Assembly (NCBI GenBank): GCA_951406725.2
Contig: OX597817.1
Location: forward strand, 11,036,001-11,100,000
Origin: Octopus vulgaris
Lineage: Eukaryota
Reading direction: 5' to 3'
DNA length: 64,000 bases
Part shown: positions 11,186 to 23,986 of the stretch, one piece after another
Numbering within the stretch: the stretch's first letter is position 1
Layout: every line of letters starts with the position of its first letter
The notes under the pieces: model-generated
What the model was told of the DNA's origin: nothing
Seen by the model: the letters and a program-made list of their open reading frames with translations, nothing else
The model's database searches: none
Made by a program: the position numbers and the translations under genes

Positions 11186-11399
11186 TGTTAAATATATAGT
11201 ATTTATATTTGAAAATGATTTACTTACATTACTAAAAGGAATATAATTTGTTTATATATTCAATTAAAAGGAGAAAATAGTGCTGAAAGTAAAAAAAAAA
11301 GATGAAAAAGGCGAGGAATTGCATACAAAAAGAAAGAAGCTATCTACTTTAAATTAAACTGTTAAACTTCTCAACAGAACTAAAGAAGAAGCTTCTAGG

Positions 11400-11751
11400 T
11401 TAAGGATTCCTAACCTGTGGTACCCGAACCTTCGAAGTGGGAGAAAATATTTCAGGGGGTGCAACAAAGAGGGAAATGACATTCTTAATTAAAATCGAAC
11501 TAAAATTATTTCAGAATAATGTTATTACCTTCCAGTTAAAAATAAGTTGTTCTATAAGCAAAAAAAAAAAAAGATAAAAATGGAGTTTATTATTCCATAC
11601 TAATGTATGTGCTTTACTAAAAAGAAAAAAAATACTTATTAGAAAATTGACTTGTTAATTTTCAAATTTGATATTGCTTTCGTAGGGAGTGAGATAATTA
11701 ATCAAACATTTCCTATGGTACAGGACATAGAAAATGTTGGAATCCCACTGC
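11400..11751. mobile_element. Decayed hAT-like MITE
   Basis: Ends resemble CAGTGGTTCCCAACCT...AGGTTGGGAACCACTG termini, but are degenerate. Confidence 0.35.
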
Positions 11752-12612
11752 TTTAGGCAATTGCTCCAACTGCGAGAGGCAGTTGTGAAATATCTTTCCA
11801 ATTACACTCCACCGCCTTAATTTGATAATGCAATCCACGATACACTACATGTGGAAAAGGTAGGATTGTCATAGTTGTCATTATGAGTCTGCTCAATTAT
11901 TAGTGATTTGGGACTAAATAAAAAACATCAAGCTCTATTGAAAGAATTAAATAATTTCTGTGGAAGTAGTGTAATATATTTAAAAGGTAAAAATTTTGCT
12001 GTTCAATAGAGATCGATATAAGACTAGAATAAGTACTGGGAGCCAATAAGATCGAATAAATCTTTCAAAGGCGTTCTCTGTCAATTTTGGCATTGAGAGG
12101 TTAGTTGTTGGTTGAACTGAATTTTTCTACCATAGGTACAAGGCTTGAAATTTTGTGGGAGAAAGTTAGTTGATTACTGCAACCTTAGTGTTCAGTTGGT
12201 ACTTTATTTGGTTATTTTCTGTCTGGCTCTCTGCATTTCAAAAATGTTTATCAAAAATTTTAAATTTGGCACATTAATGTAGTTTTCTAAGCTGAATTGT
12301 TAGAGTTATTTCACTTTTTCCAGAAAAAATGTTTTTAAAAAGTTATTAAGGTCTGAAGTTTGATCATTTTCACCCAGTCAGAAAACAGGATTTGGAAGCT
12401 GTCATTTTGTACGTGACTGCAGATTTTGTCGTCAACATCCTGAAAATAGCACGTGTTGTCAGTATTTATATTCTACACGCGGAAAACGAGTGAACAATAC
12501 CTTTTTTGTAGTTTTAAGCATTCAATATGCATATGATGCAATAGTACGTACTTAAAAAAGATTTATATCCAAAAGCGTTATTTAGCTGTTAATTTTAGCA
12601 TACCTCACAGGA

Positions 12613-12998
12613 AGGAAAGCACTCCGTCGGTTACAACGATGAGGGTTCCGGTTGATCCGAATCAACGGAACAGCCTGCTCGTGAAATTAACGTGTAACTG
12701 GCTGAGCACTCCACAGACACGTGCACCCTTAACGTAGTTCTCAGGGATATTCAGCGTGACACAGAGAGTGACAAGGCCGGCCCCTTGAAATACAGGTACA
12801 ACAGAAACAGGAAGTAAGAGTGAGAGAAAGTTGTGGTAAAAGAGTACAGCAGGGATCACCACCATCCCCTGCCGGAGCCTCGTGGAGCTTTTAGGTGTTT
12901 TCGCTCAATAAACACTCACATCGCCCGGTCTGGGAATCGAAACCGCGATCCTATGACCGCGAGTCCACTGCCCTAACCACTAGGCCATTGCGCCTCCA
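12613..12998 (-). mobile_element. SINE family B
   Basis: Family homology; TSD CATACCTCACA. Confidence 0.85.
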
Positions 12999-13189
12999 CC
13001 ATACCTCACAACGACCTCAATGACAAAAAAAAAAGAGTAAACAACATGTCTTTTGTAGTTTCAAGCATTCAATATGTATTAAATACGATGATAAAAAACA
13101 CATTACATGCGATAAGAAGCAGCACATTACAAGTTAAATATGCTTAAAAAACAAACATTTAAGCATCAGTACGAACTCAAAGGATTTAC

Positions 13190-13770
13190 CTAAAAACAAA
13201 ATAACAAATTATAAATGAAATATTTTTCAAATTGAAAATGAAAGTCAGAAATGCATTCAATCAATTTCTCGAACAAATCGCAATTTTCATATCTCCTGCG
13301 CCACATAAATCCACAGAGATATGAATCTACCATAGAACGGTGAGTACCACAGCGTCGTTTATTACCTCGCTTTACAGAGGCCCATGTACTCTCCACTTGT
13401 AGAGTGTGGGTACCATCTTCCGAGTTAACAAACCCAACGCTGTGGTTCACCGCTTTATGCTCAAAATTGTAATAACCATAAATTTCAGGAATTTGAGAGT
13501 ACGACCTCCACAAATCGCTGGAAATTGTGGTTCTTGGAAGAACTGAGTGACGTATGCATTCTTCCAGTGTGTCCCGATTCTGACATGGCACCGCATACAG
13601 AAAAAGCAACCTGTCTGGTCTCGCGAAACACTCCCCTAAAAACCCGCTGCTCAGGTAGGACTCTTTATCTGTTGTACTTACGTCTTGAGAAGACTGTTTC
13701 ATCGACCTCGACAAACTTCCCAGTACCACCAACCTAAATTGGGTGACGGAGCAAAGTGCTCTGCACATAT
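13190..13770 (-). pseudogene. Merlin-superfamily (IS1595/ISXO2-like) DDE transposase pseudogene
   Basis: One frame reads GGTGKFVEVDETVFSRRKYNR*RVLPEQRVF. After a frameshift: TLEECIRHSVLPRTTISSDLWRSY...HKAVNHSVGFV...GTHTLQVESTW...DSYLCGFMWRRRY. Confidence 0.85.
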
Positions 13771-13971
13771 TTCCCTAATTAACATAGCTGTTATAATCAA
13801 CAGCTGTGCAATGGTTTATATAAAGGTCTTCCACACAAAACCGGACTGAAGTCAATTCCTTAACCCATGAGTAAAAGAAGAGCACTACAGTCTTAAGTGG
13901 AAGGGTATCTTTAAAGTAACTCTTTGGTTAAATCAGCGTTAAAACTATGCTCCTTTTGAATTACAGAAACA

Positions 13972-13975
<4 letters not shown>

Positions 13976-14054
<79 letters not shown>

Positions 14055-14055
14055 A
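13976..14055. repeat. (GA)n microsatellite
   Basis: Direct reading. Confidence 0.95.
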
Positions 14056-14547
14056 AACTATTAAGCCCATTATTGGGGTAGTATATTCTTGATTGATAAC
14101 CGAACGGATGAAAAGTGAATTTGGCCTTAGCAATATTTGAATTAAGAGATTTCAACGTAGAGGACCCAAACAAATTGCACAAAGGCATTCTAACCGATGT
14201 TGTAACGGATCTACCAATTCGTCTCTTTACATGTAAAATTATTGCACAGTCGAGAGAATCAACCCATTACTGTTCTTTAGAACTTACTATTTATTTTTCT
14301 TAATCCAAACGAGTAGATAAAAAAATCCTAATTCTCAGATATTAATATGTATTAGAATTAAATGATGAGGGGAACTTCTAGTGGTCGCTCGGCCCGCTAG
14401 AAAAAGCATCCAAATATCACATCCTTCTTTGCCGTCTTAATAAAAATATAAAAAAAAAAACACAAAGAGATACTGGATAATGTAACTTGAAAAGACGGGG
14501 TTTATTTTAGATTGGAATACCTTTGATTGTTTGTCTATTCGATCAGA

Positions 14548-14916
14548 GAGGCGCAATGGTCCAGTGGTTAGGGCAGCGGACTCGCGGTTATAGGATCGCG
14601 GTTTCGATTCCCAGACCGGGTGTTGTGAGTGTTTATTGAGCGAAAACACCTAAAGCTCCACGAGGCTCCGGCAGGGGATGGTGGTGATCCCTGCTGTACT
14701 CTTTCTCTCACTCTTACTTCCTGTTTCTGTTGTACCTGTATTTCAAAGGGCCGGCCTTGTCACTCTCTGTGTCACGCTGAATATCCCCGAGAACTACGTT
14801 AAGGGTGCACGTGTCTGTGGAGTGCTCAGCCACTTACACGTTAATTTCACGAGCAGGCTGTTCCGTTGATTCGGATCAACCGGAACCCTCATCGTCGTTA
14901 CCGACGGAGTGCTTCC
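14548..14916 (+). mobile_element. SINE family B
   Basis: Family homology; short TSD GATCAGAG. Confidence 0.85.
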
Positions 14917-15254
14917 ATTAGATCAGAGGTGACATAGGACGAAACAACAATAACAACACCAACAATCCTGTTAGACTGAATATGGAAGTGAATGTCGGAG
15001 TTATTTAGAAGTTGGAAAATGGAAGCCTGAAACGGAACACTACGGCACATTGAGTTTGGCGCTCTACCGTTTTTGCCTACTCACCGCTTTAGGAAATGCA
15101 ATACAGAATGTAATGTTTGTGTGTATGTTTTATTTATTTAATTCTCTTTTACCGGAAAGTACTTTTCTCTTCTGGAATTTAATACGCTTCTAGTTTATAT
15201 TGCTCCTTACACTTAGGAACTCTAGCAACATAATTAATTATGTCACATAATCAC

Positions 15255-15995
15255 CCACCCGACCACCCGACCAACCAACCAACCAACCAACCAACCAACC
15301 AACCAGTCAACCAACCAACAAACCAACCGACCGACCGATCGACCAACCAACCGACCAACCAACCAACCGACCGACCGACCAACCAACCAACCAACTGACC
15401 GACCGACCGACCGACCGACCGACCGATCAACCGACCGACCAACCAACCAACCAACCAACCACCCACCCACCCGACCAACCAACCAACCAACCGACCGACC
15501 GACCGACCGACCAACCAACCAACCAACCAACCGACCGACCGATCGACCGACCGACCGACCGATCAACCGACTAACCAACCAACCAACCAACCAACCAACC
15601 AACCAACCAACCAACCAGCCAACCAACCAACCAACCACCCACCCGACCAACAAACCGACCAACCAACCAACCAACCAACCAACCAACCAACCAACCAACC
15701 AACCAACCAACCACCCAACCAACCACCCGACCAACCAACCAACCAACCAACCAACCAACCAACCAACCAACCACCCACCCACCCACCCGACCAACCAACC
15801 AACCAACCGACCGACCGACCGACCGACCAACCAACCAAATAACCAACCGACCGACCGATCGACCGACTAACCAACCAACCAACCAACCAACCGACCAACC
15901 AACCACCCACCCGACCAACAAACCGACCAACCAACCGACCAACCAACCAACCAACCGACCGACCGACCGACCGACCGACAAACCAACCAACCGAC
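15255..15995. repeat. Compound (AACC/GACC)n tetranucleotide array
   Basis: Direct reading. Confidence 0.95.
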
Positions 15996-16600
15996 CGGTA
16001 TTCCCTATAGTTCCTAAATTCAAGCTTGATTAATTCATTAATAACGCGATTTAAATCTTGTAGTAGAATCGTCTAGTTACAAAATGCATTTGTCCGAAGA
16101 GAGGGATAGTGTAATGACTCAGCTTATTTACTTTCATTCTTTTTGCCTGCTGGGATTTGAATAACTTAAGTGGAGTTATTATGGTTAATATGAAAGTTTG
16201 TAGAAGAAATCGCAGATAGATGAATTTATATAATGGTTGATAATCTGCCTAAGAGTCGATGGTTCGCATCTTAACATTGGTAGCCCATACCACCGATAGC
16301 TAAGGCACGTTACAATCTCTGATCCAAGTTCAGGTAACTGGAATATACACCATTGTTCAGATGCAGCTTACCATCGTAAAAAGAAGAGAAAAAAGGGTGT
16401 GAGAAACGGGTGCTCTTCGTATTGTACTGAGTTCAAGTTTTCATATAAACCTAGAAAAAGTAACCCACTCAAAAGTATCCTACTGTCAAAATCTTATAGA
16501 TGCTTCATGCACACGACCAGCCAGTAGAAGTAATCTTCAACTCAGTGGTATCATTAAGATTTGGGCAAACACCGATGTGAAGACTTTTCCCTATAAAAGG

Positions 16601-16962
16601 TTCTTCTTCTTAATCCTTTTTGCCCCTTGTGGAGCATAGGGCCTCAACAGTTGTTTTCCACTTTTTGCGGTCATTGGTGTGTTTCTTGGCTGCTTCCTAT
16701 GTCAGGCCGGTGGTCCTGAGCTCATCCAAAATGCTCCGCTTCCATGTCTGCTTCGGGTGGCCTCGCTTCCTTTTCTCCTGCGGGTTCCAGTTAAGTGCTT
16801 GTCGCGTCACATTTGAGAGTTCTTTCCGCAGTGTATGTCCGATCCATCTCCATTTCCTTCGTATAATCTGAACATGTATGGGCTCCTGGTTAGCCCTTTC
16901 CCACAGGTCGGTGTTTGGCACTTCTGTCGAACCACTTCAGATGGAGGATCTGCCGTAGACAT
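16601..16962 (-). mobile_element. 5'-truncated RTE-group LINE 3' end with (GAA)n tail
   Basis: IIRRKWRWIGHTLRK...ALNWNPQEKRKRGHPKQTWKR. Confidence 0.8.
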
Positions 16963-17275
16963 TTAAAGTTTTACTGATATGTAAATCTAATATTTTACAA
17001 TAACGTTTCGAAATCTATTGCTCAAAACTCTGACTGGAAATTAATAGCAAGACCCCATTGTAAAGTTCATCTATATTTGCACATATATATTTCTGTCGAC
17101 AAAATAGTTAACATTTCATGGGATAATATCGTCTCAACGATCAAATGTAATCCAAATTTTTTGATTATATTCAAACTAATTTTGTTATTGGAAGTCCCTC
17201 CTAACAAGGAGGCAAGAGACCAACGGTAAAACAAGCTGCAAGCAGCCATTTCTTCTTCTTCTTCTTCTTCTTCTT

Positions 17276-17307
<32 letters not shown>

Positions 17308-17322
17308 CATTATTATTATTAA

Positions 17323-17375
<53 letters not shown>

Positions 17376-17376
<1 letters not shown>

Positions 17377-18168
17377 TTTTTTTTTCTTCTTTCAAATTTG
17401 CTTCCATTTCTTGCCGAGTATCTTCCCGACTCCTAGGGCAAAGAAACTCATAGTATACATTGGTAGGCCATTAAACCAAACTCAATAGTTCGTTAATTTT
17501 TTATTATTATTTTTTTTTTTAAAGTTAAATTAAAATACATGAGCAGCAACAGTTCTCACATCGACAATGCTCTTCTCAATACGTGTGATGTACCAGTTAA
17601 GACAATCTTTTGCACTTCTTGCAGGGATGGTAAGCCAGGGATTATTCTCATATAATTTTCGGTTCCCTTCTTGATCATTCCTAGTGCTCCTACGATCACT
17701 GGTATTGTAACCGCCTTGAGATGCCACATTTTCTCAATTTCAATGAGTAGGTCTTTATATTTTCTGAGCTTGTCAAACTCTTTCGCTGAGATATTATGAT
17801 CACAGGGGATGCTCATGTTGATCAATAAGCAAACTTTATTGTTTTGGTCTTTCACAACAATATCTGGTTTATTGGCCTTGATGGTTCGGTCTGTATGTAC
17901 TGGAAAGTCCCACAGAATGGTTACATTTTCTCCTTCAGTTACAGCCTCAGGGTGGTGATTATACCACTTGTCGGCAGTTTTGATATTGTAATGCCAACTT
18001 AATAGCCAGTGTAGATATTGGCCAACTCTGTCATGTCTTAATTTATACTCCACTGGTGCTAAGACTTTACATCCAGAGATTAGATGGTCCACTGTTTCAA
18101 TCATGTCGTTGCAGAATCGGCATTTTGGGTCTGCTTCATTTTTCATCACATTGGCCTGGTAGTTCCGG

Positions 18169-18169
<1 letters not shown>
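17376..18169 (-). mobile_element. 5'-truncated R4/Dong-clade LINE (restriction-like endonuclease end)
   Basis: CRFC...ETVDHLISGC, RHD, ILWDF, KPDIVV, K..KY motifs; A-rich 3' end; (TAA)n on both flanks. Confidence 0.9.
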
Positions 18170-18219
<50 letters not shown>

Positions 18220-18220
18220 G

Positions 18221-18400
18221 AGTGAGAGAGCAGTGCATGCCATCAAAGTGACACTGGGGTAAAATATACGAAGCCCAGTATACCCATTATGACTACCCGT
18301 CTGATAAGGGTACACTAGGCACATGCATCACAACCATAAGTGCGTGACATAGTGAAATTATATCAAGATAAACAGCACATGACCTTGCAGGTGGGGCCCA
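18221..18400 (-). mobile_element. 3' end of an unclassified retroelement whose (AAT)n tail hosts the R4 insertion
   Basis: Non-coding segment ending ...CTCTCTCACTC directly before (AAT)n on the minus strand. Confidence 0.4.
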
Positions 18401-18901
18401 GTAACCCATTAAACGATTTACTAAAAAAAAAAAAAAGAAGTAAAATGGAATTGGTCAGTAAAGTGCCAAAACGCATTTGAAGACAAAGAAAATATTAATT
18501 TCTGACATGTCACTAGCGCGTTTCGATCCAAGAATGGACAATGTTGTAGCGTCTGATGCTTCGGAGTATGGAATATGAACAATCTTGCTACACAAGTATA
18601 AATATGGAAATATGAAGCCAGTAGTTCATGCTTCACGTTCGATGATAGCAGCGGAAAAAAGTATAGTCAGATAGAGAAGGAGGCTCTATCAAATATTTTT
18701 GCAGAAAAAAAAAATTTCACAAATTTTTACATGATAGGCGCAGGAGTGGCTGTGTGGTAAGTAGCTTGCTAACCAACCACATGGTTCCGGGTTCAGTCCC
18801 ACTGCGTGGCATCTTGGGCGAGTGTCTTCTGCCATAGTCCCGGGCCGACCAATGCCTTGTAAGTGGATTTGGTGGACGGAAACTGAAAGAAGCCTGTCGT
18901 A

Positions 18902-18956
<55 letters not shown>

Positions 18957-19215
18957 TTGTGTGTCTGTGTTTGTCTCCCTAGCATTGCTTGACAGCCGAT
19001 GCTGGTGTGTTTACGTCCCCGTCACTTAGCGGTTCGGCAAAAGAGACCGATAGAATAAGTACTGGGCTTACAAAAGAATAAGTCCCGGGGTCGATTTGAT
19101 CGACTAAAGGCGGTACTCCAGCATGGCCACAGTCAAATGACTGAAACAAGTAAAAGAGAAAAGAGAGAGTATAGAAGTTTTTGTTACAAACCGACCATCG
19201 ACCATTACTATCAAT
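18401..19215 (+). pseudogene. Gypsy-type LTR retrotransposon RNase H remnant split by a SINE
   Basis: VASDASEYGI*...KPVVHASRSMIAAEK/YSQIEKEAL...KKFHKFLH, then the SINE, then FLLQTDHRPLLSI. Confidence 0.8.
18736..19169 (+). mobile_element. SINE family A
   Basis: Family homology. Confidence 0.85.
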
Positions 19216-19329
19216 TGAACTTCCGTTGCTGTTATATTATTCTACACCACCTACATTAATCCTGGTTTCTACAGTCAAAGAGGACGAAACTCTTTTCTTT
19301 CTTCTCGTCCCACTTTTTGCATCAACCTT

Positions 19330-19549
19330 CTTTACTCTCTCTCTCTTTTACTTGTTTCAGTCATTTGACTGCGGCCATGCTGGAGCACCGCCTTTAGTCG
19401 AGCAATTCGACCCCGGGACTTATTCTTTGTAAGCCCAGTACTTATTCTATCGGTCTCTTTTGCCGAACCGCTAAGTGACGGGGACGTAAACACACCAGCA
19501 TCGGTTGTCAAGCAATGCTAGGGGGACAAACACAGACACACAAACACAC

Positions 19550-19588
<39 letters not shown>

Positions 19589-19748
19589 TACGACAGGATT
19601 CTTTCAGTTTCCGTCTACCAAATCCACTCACAAGGCATTGGTCGGCCCGGGGCTATAGCAGAAGACACTTGCCCAAGATGCCACGCAGTGGGATTGAACC
19701 CGGAACCATGTGGTTGGTTAGCAAGCTACTTACCACACAGCCACTCCT
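19330..19748 (-). mobile_element. SINE family A
   Basis: Family homology; the empty site is visible in the paralogous segment at 28148-28339. Confidence 0.85.
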
Positions 19749-19981
19749 TCGCAATTATTTTTTCGTTTATATTTTCCTCATGTTTTTTCATAGTCCAGCG
19801 TCCTGCTTTTTAAAACAGATCTAACGAATGAACTAAGCCACAGATATGTACACCCAGGGGAAATATAATGAGCCCCGCCTCTCAAATACAACATCCACAG
19901 TTTATTTGAATTTGAATCTGCTTTTGCAAAATATCCACCTGTTTCCAAGTTACAAACACGAACTAAATTCCTTATGAACTA

Positions 19982-20379
19982 CTAGTAGGATCGCCCGGCG
20001 TTGCTCGGGTTTGTAAGGGAAATAACTATATAAGCATTTTTAGAGATGTAAAGTATAATAGCCATCTCAATATGGCTAACCACAAAGGGGGGGGGGTGTT
20101 ACTGTAGCTTTTTACGTTCTGAGATTTAATAATACATTTTTAGAGAGTTACTTCCCTTATATAATAGCAAAAAAATGCATTAAAAATGGGAAAAAATGAT
20201 GGTAATTTTTTTAAAAATCGTAGACTCATCGTAGACGCGCGCTAATACCAAGAAAGTCTCGATATGAATCACGACTATAAGATACCCGGTTTTGGTTAAA
20301 CTGCACCGCAAAATGTGGGAGTAGTTAAGAATCTAAATCGTAGGAGACAGACACACAACTTCACTTTTATATATAAAGA
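19982..20379 (-). mobile_element. Non-autonomous Helitron
   Basis: TC...hairpin-CTAG termini, as in 2930-3329. Confidence 0.8.
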
Positions 20380-20855
20380 TATACTATTCCTCCACCTCAA
20401 AATAATAATAATAATAATAAGTTCTTAATATTCTAAGAGATGTCTGACAAAATTCATTTAACACTCTATAGAGCATAGTGTCTGTGCTCTAATCTAGTTT
20501 CGGAGTTATAACATATAGTAAGAGCATACATGTCTAACAACCAAAAGATTGTGAGATTGATTTGCTTGGGACATGTTTTGTGAGCAGTTCTACATGGTTA
20601 AGTGGTTCGCTCAGCAGTCACCTGGTTCTCAATTTGATCCTGTCATGAGACAAAACAGTTTTTTGCTATAATCTCAGTTGTACCAAAGCCTTAAAGACGA
20701 AAATGGATAGAAGGAATTGCCAAGTTCTGTTGGATGACCCATATCAGTTGAATTGCAGTTTCTCTCTCTTTTCTCCACCGCCTTTCTAAGATTATCGGTG
20801 CTGCCATTCCGCCATTGGTTAGGCCATACAAAAAACAACTTATATTGCTTATATA

Positions 20856-21254
20856 AGGCGCAGGAGTGGCTGTGTGGTAAGTAGCTTGCTAACCAACCAC
20901 ATGGTTCCGGGTTCAATCCCGCTGCGTGGCACCTTGGGCAAGTGTCTTCTGCTGTAGCCCCGGGCCGACCAATGCCTTGTGAGTGGATTTGGTAGACGGA
21001 AACTGAAAGAAGCCTGTCGTATATATGTATATGTATATGTATGTGTGTGTTTGTGTGTGTGTCTGTGTTTGTCCCCCTAGCATTGCTTGACAACCGATGC
21101 TGGTGTGTTTACGCCCCCATCACGTAGCGGTTCGGCAAAAGAGACCGATAGAATAAGTACTGGGCTTACAAAGAATAAGTCCCGGGGTCGATTTGCTCGA
21201 CTAAAGGCGGTGCTCCAGCATGGCCGCAGTCAAATGACTGAAACAAGTAAAGAG
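20856..21254 (+). mobile_element. SINE family A
   Basis: Family homology. Confidence 0.85.
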
Positions 21255-22133
21255 TATGTATGGGCGCGTGCATGGGTTTTGTGCATAAGAGGTTAAATTC
21301 GTAAAATAGGGTTTCAGGTTCGATCATAGTGCGTAACTGGATAATTTGGTTTCGACCACAGTGATAAAAAACATTGGGTCGACCGAATTTGTGAGTAAAA
21401 ATTTGGTAGACGGAAACTATGTTGAAGCCCATCAGCGGGATGGGTCTTGAACGATTCGCATAATCAGTTTCCCTGTTTTGCACCATCGTCTGGGCCTTGC
21501 TTGTTTTTAGCAGAGTCTACTTTGTTGCAAGCATTTGTGCCTGGTCTCCGGGCTGACAATAACTTCTTTCGTTGCCCCCACCAGTTTTTGGAGAGCCTGA
21601 CAAAGATCATGGATGTTACCCCCACCTCGACTAAGCCATTAACAAATAAAATGCTAACAGTCATAGTAATTAATTTGCTACTGTTACGTTGGTACTTAAT
21701 TATTTCAAGGTGTTAAAACTTCAAAATTATGTTAGAGCAAAGTTAGAAATAATATTTTAATAAAGAATTAATTAATTCCTCTGATCTGCGAGTGTTACAT
21801 AATAAAAGCCTCTACTTATGGTCTTTCTTTTTGATATTTAGTCCAAAGAAGGGGTGGAGTACTTCTTTTATTTCAGCCTTTTATGTTATCCAGCTGGAAT
21901 TAAGTATGAAATCAAGCTAGTAGTGTGTATCGCCTGATTGCTAACTTGGGTTTTGGTTTCATGCAATGTACTGGCAACATGCTAACCGATCAAAGTTTAT
22001 CTCTGTCAACAATATCAACTACAACTTAAAATCACTGTTGCAAGAAAGAAGGGGTGAAAATATATCATTCAAAAATAATGACTGGAAAAGCATACACAAG
22101 GATGCCTGCTGCACGGAAAACGAATAGCAAAGT

Positions 22134-22322
22134 AGGCTCTAACATATTTTAATGCAGTGATCCAAGAAATTCTAATTAAAATTACGTCGGTATTGATGAT
22201 AAAATTGTCTTAAAGACTAATTAATCATTAAAATAATTAATATTTTTCTCTTTTCATCACTGCGGTTGTAATTTTGACTAATTGAAATGGTTTGGCTCAT
22301 TGCATTAAATATGTTAGCGCCC
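22134..22322. mobile_element. Foldback MITE
   Basis: GGCTCTAACATATTTTAATGCAGTGA pairs with TCATTGCATTAAATATGTTAGCGCC, and the internal sequence is also loosely palindromic. No clear TSD. Confidence 0.55.
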
Positions 22323-23579
22323 AAATTACATTATCTTAATCTAGTAAGAGAATCTACGTTTATAGAAATATCCGAAGTGTTTTTTCTCCTGGCAACTTCA
22401 ACCACATCAGATAGGTCTTTTCACATTAGATAAAACTAAGACTGCATTAAAGCCATTATAGAAAAGTTATGGACTGGAGATTACACGATAGCACATTATT
22501 TCTAAACGTTGTTAAACCATGAGTATTTCTCTTATGGTTTACCATTCAACAGGGATAGGGATGAAAAAGAGTCAACCGAACCCTTGGTAACAGCGCAGGA
22601 TCAAAAGAGGTGACATTATGGCATTAACCACATATGATATGCTACTTTTCTGATGCAACAAGTTTGGTGGAGATTAGTGATATAATCAGTTGCTATTGCA
22701 GTAAATGCTCTAAGAAATCTCTGTGAAGCCAATCTCTGTGTAAGGTTCACTTTTTCTTTATACGAAGGTCACACTATGAGGAGTTCTGGTTACCGAGAGG
22801 CTGACTTTGCAGGCATACTCCGTTACTACTACATAATACTGTGTCGATATTTGAAAACATTTGCCTTCAGTAAATTATTGGTGTAAGGACTTTATTATCA
22901 AGTGGAGAAAATGCAAGACTAAGACCTTCAGACTATGTGATGCTACTAGACAGATGGATAATACGAAAGTGCAAAATGCTCCTGCTTAAGAAAAAACGGG
23001 ACTTTTCAGCATAATAGCTCCTGAAAGATATGTGAAGAGTGTCCGACAAGAGTGGGTGGTAACTCGGAAACTGGTTTTGATGAAACATTGGAAAAATTGT
23101 CAGCAATGTGATGGATTGATTAGAGCACAGCATTGCACTAACTGATGCAGCCGATATAGATGTGTTGTATTACTAATCCTGTAATTTGCTGCTTAAACGT
23201 GACACAAGGTGCAAAATGATACACGTCTGTCTTATACACGCGGTCGATTGCAGATGATACATTTGCAAGTCTTGTGTCTTGGGAGTTTTCTTACTCTAGA
23301 AATTGTTGCTATCGAGCACTACTGTATATGTACGTAGGTCATGTTGTCCAACATATACGTGATGAAAACGATTGATTATAAGAGTAATTCGTCTCTAACT
23401 ACTGAGATAATTGTTAGGGTTGAATAGATCTTGATAGAATTCAGAAGTTGTCAAGCATCATTTTTTGATATGCTAGGACGAGCCACAGAATCTGTGGAGC
23501 ACATATTCTGTCTGATTGAACACCAGTAACCCCCAGTCGGTTACTGTTTCATCGATGTCTTCAGAACAATGGACGCTTA

Positions 23580-23986
23580 TACTCTTTACTTGTTTCAGTC
23601 ATTTGACTGCGGCCATGCTGGAGCACCGCCTTTTAGTCGAGCAAATCGACCCCGGGACTTATTCTTTGTAAGCCCAGTACTTATTCTATCGGTCTCTTTT
23701 GCCGAACCGCTAAGTGACGGGGACGTAAACACACCAGCATCGGTTGTCAAGCAATGCTAGGGGGACAAACACAGACACACAAACACATACACACACACAT
23801 ATACATATATATACACATATATACGACAGGCTTCTTTCAGTTTCCGTTTACCAAATCCACTCACAATGCATTGGTCGGCCCGGGGCTATAGCAGAAGACA
23901 CTTGCCCAAGATGCCATGCAGTGGGACTGAACCCGGAACCATGTGGTTGGTTAGCAAGCTACTTACCACACAGCCACTCCTGCGCT
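23580..23986 (-). mobile_element. SINE family A
   Basis: Family homology. Confidence 0.85.

Noticed and set aside
12210-14265. Candidate Merlin terminal inverted repeats
   Set aside because: Only a loose match and no 8-9 bp TSD.
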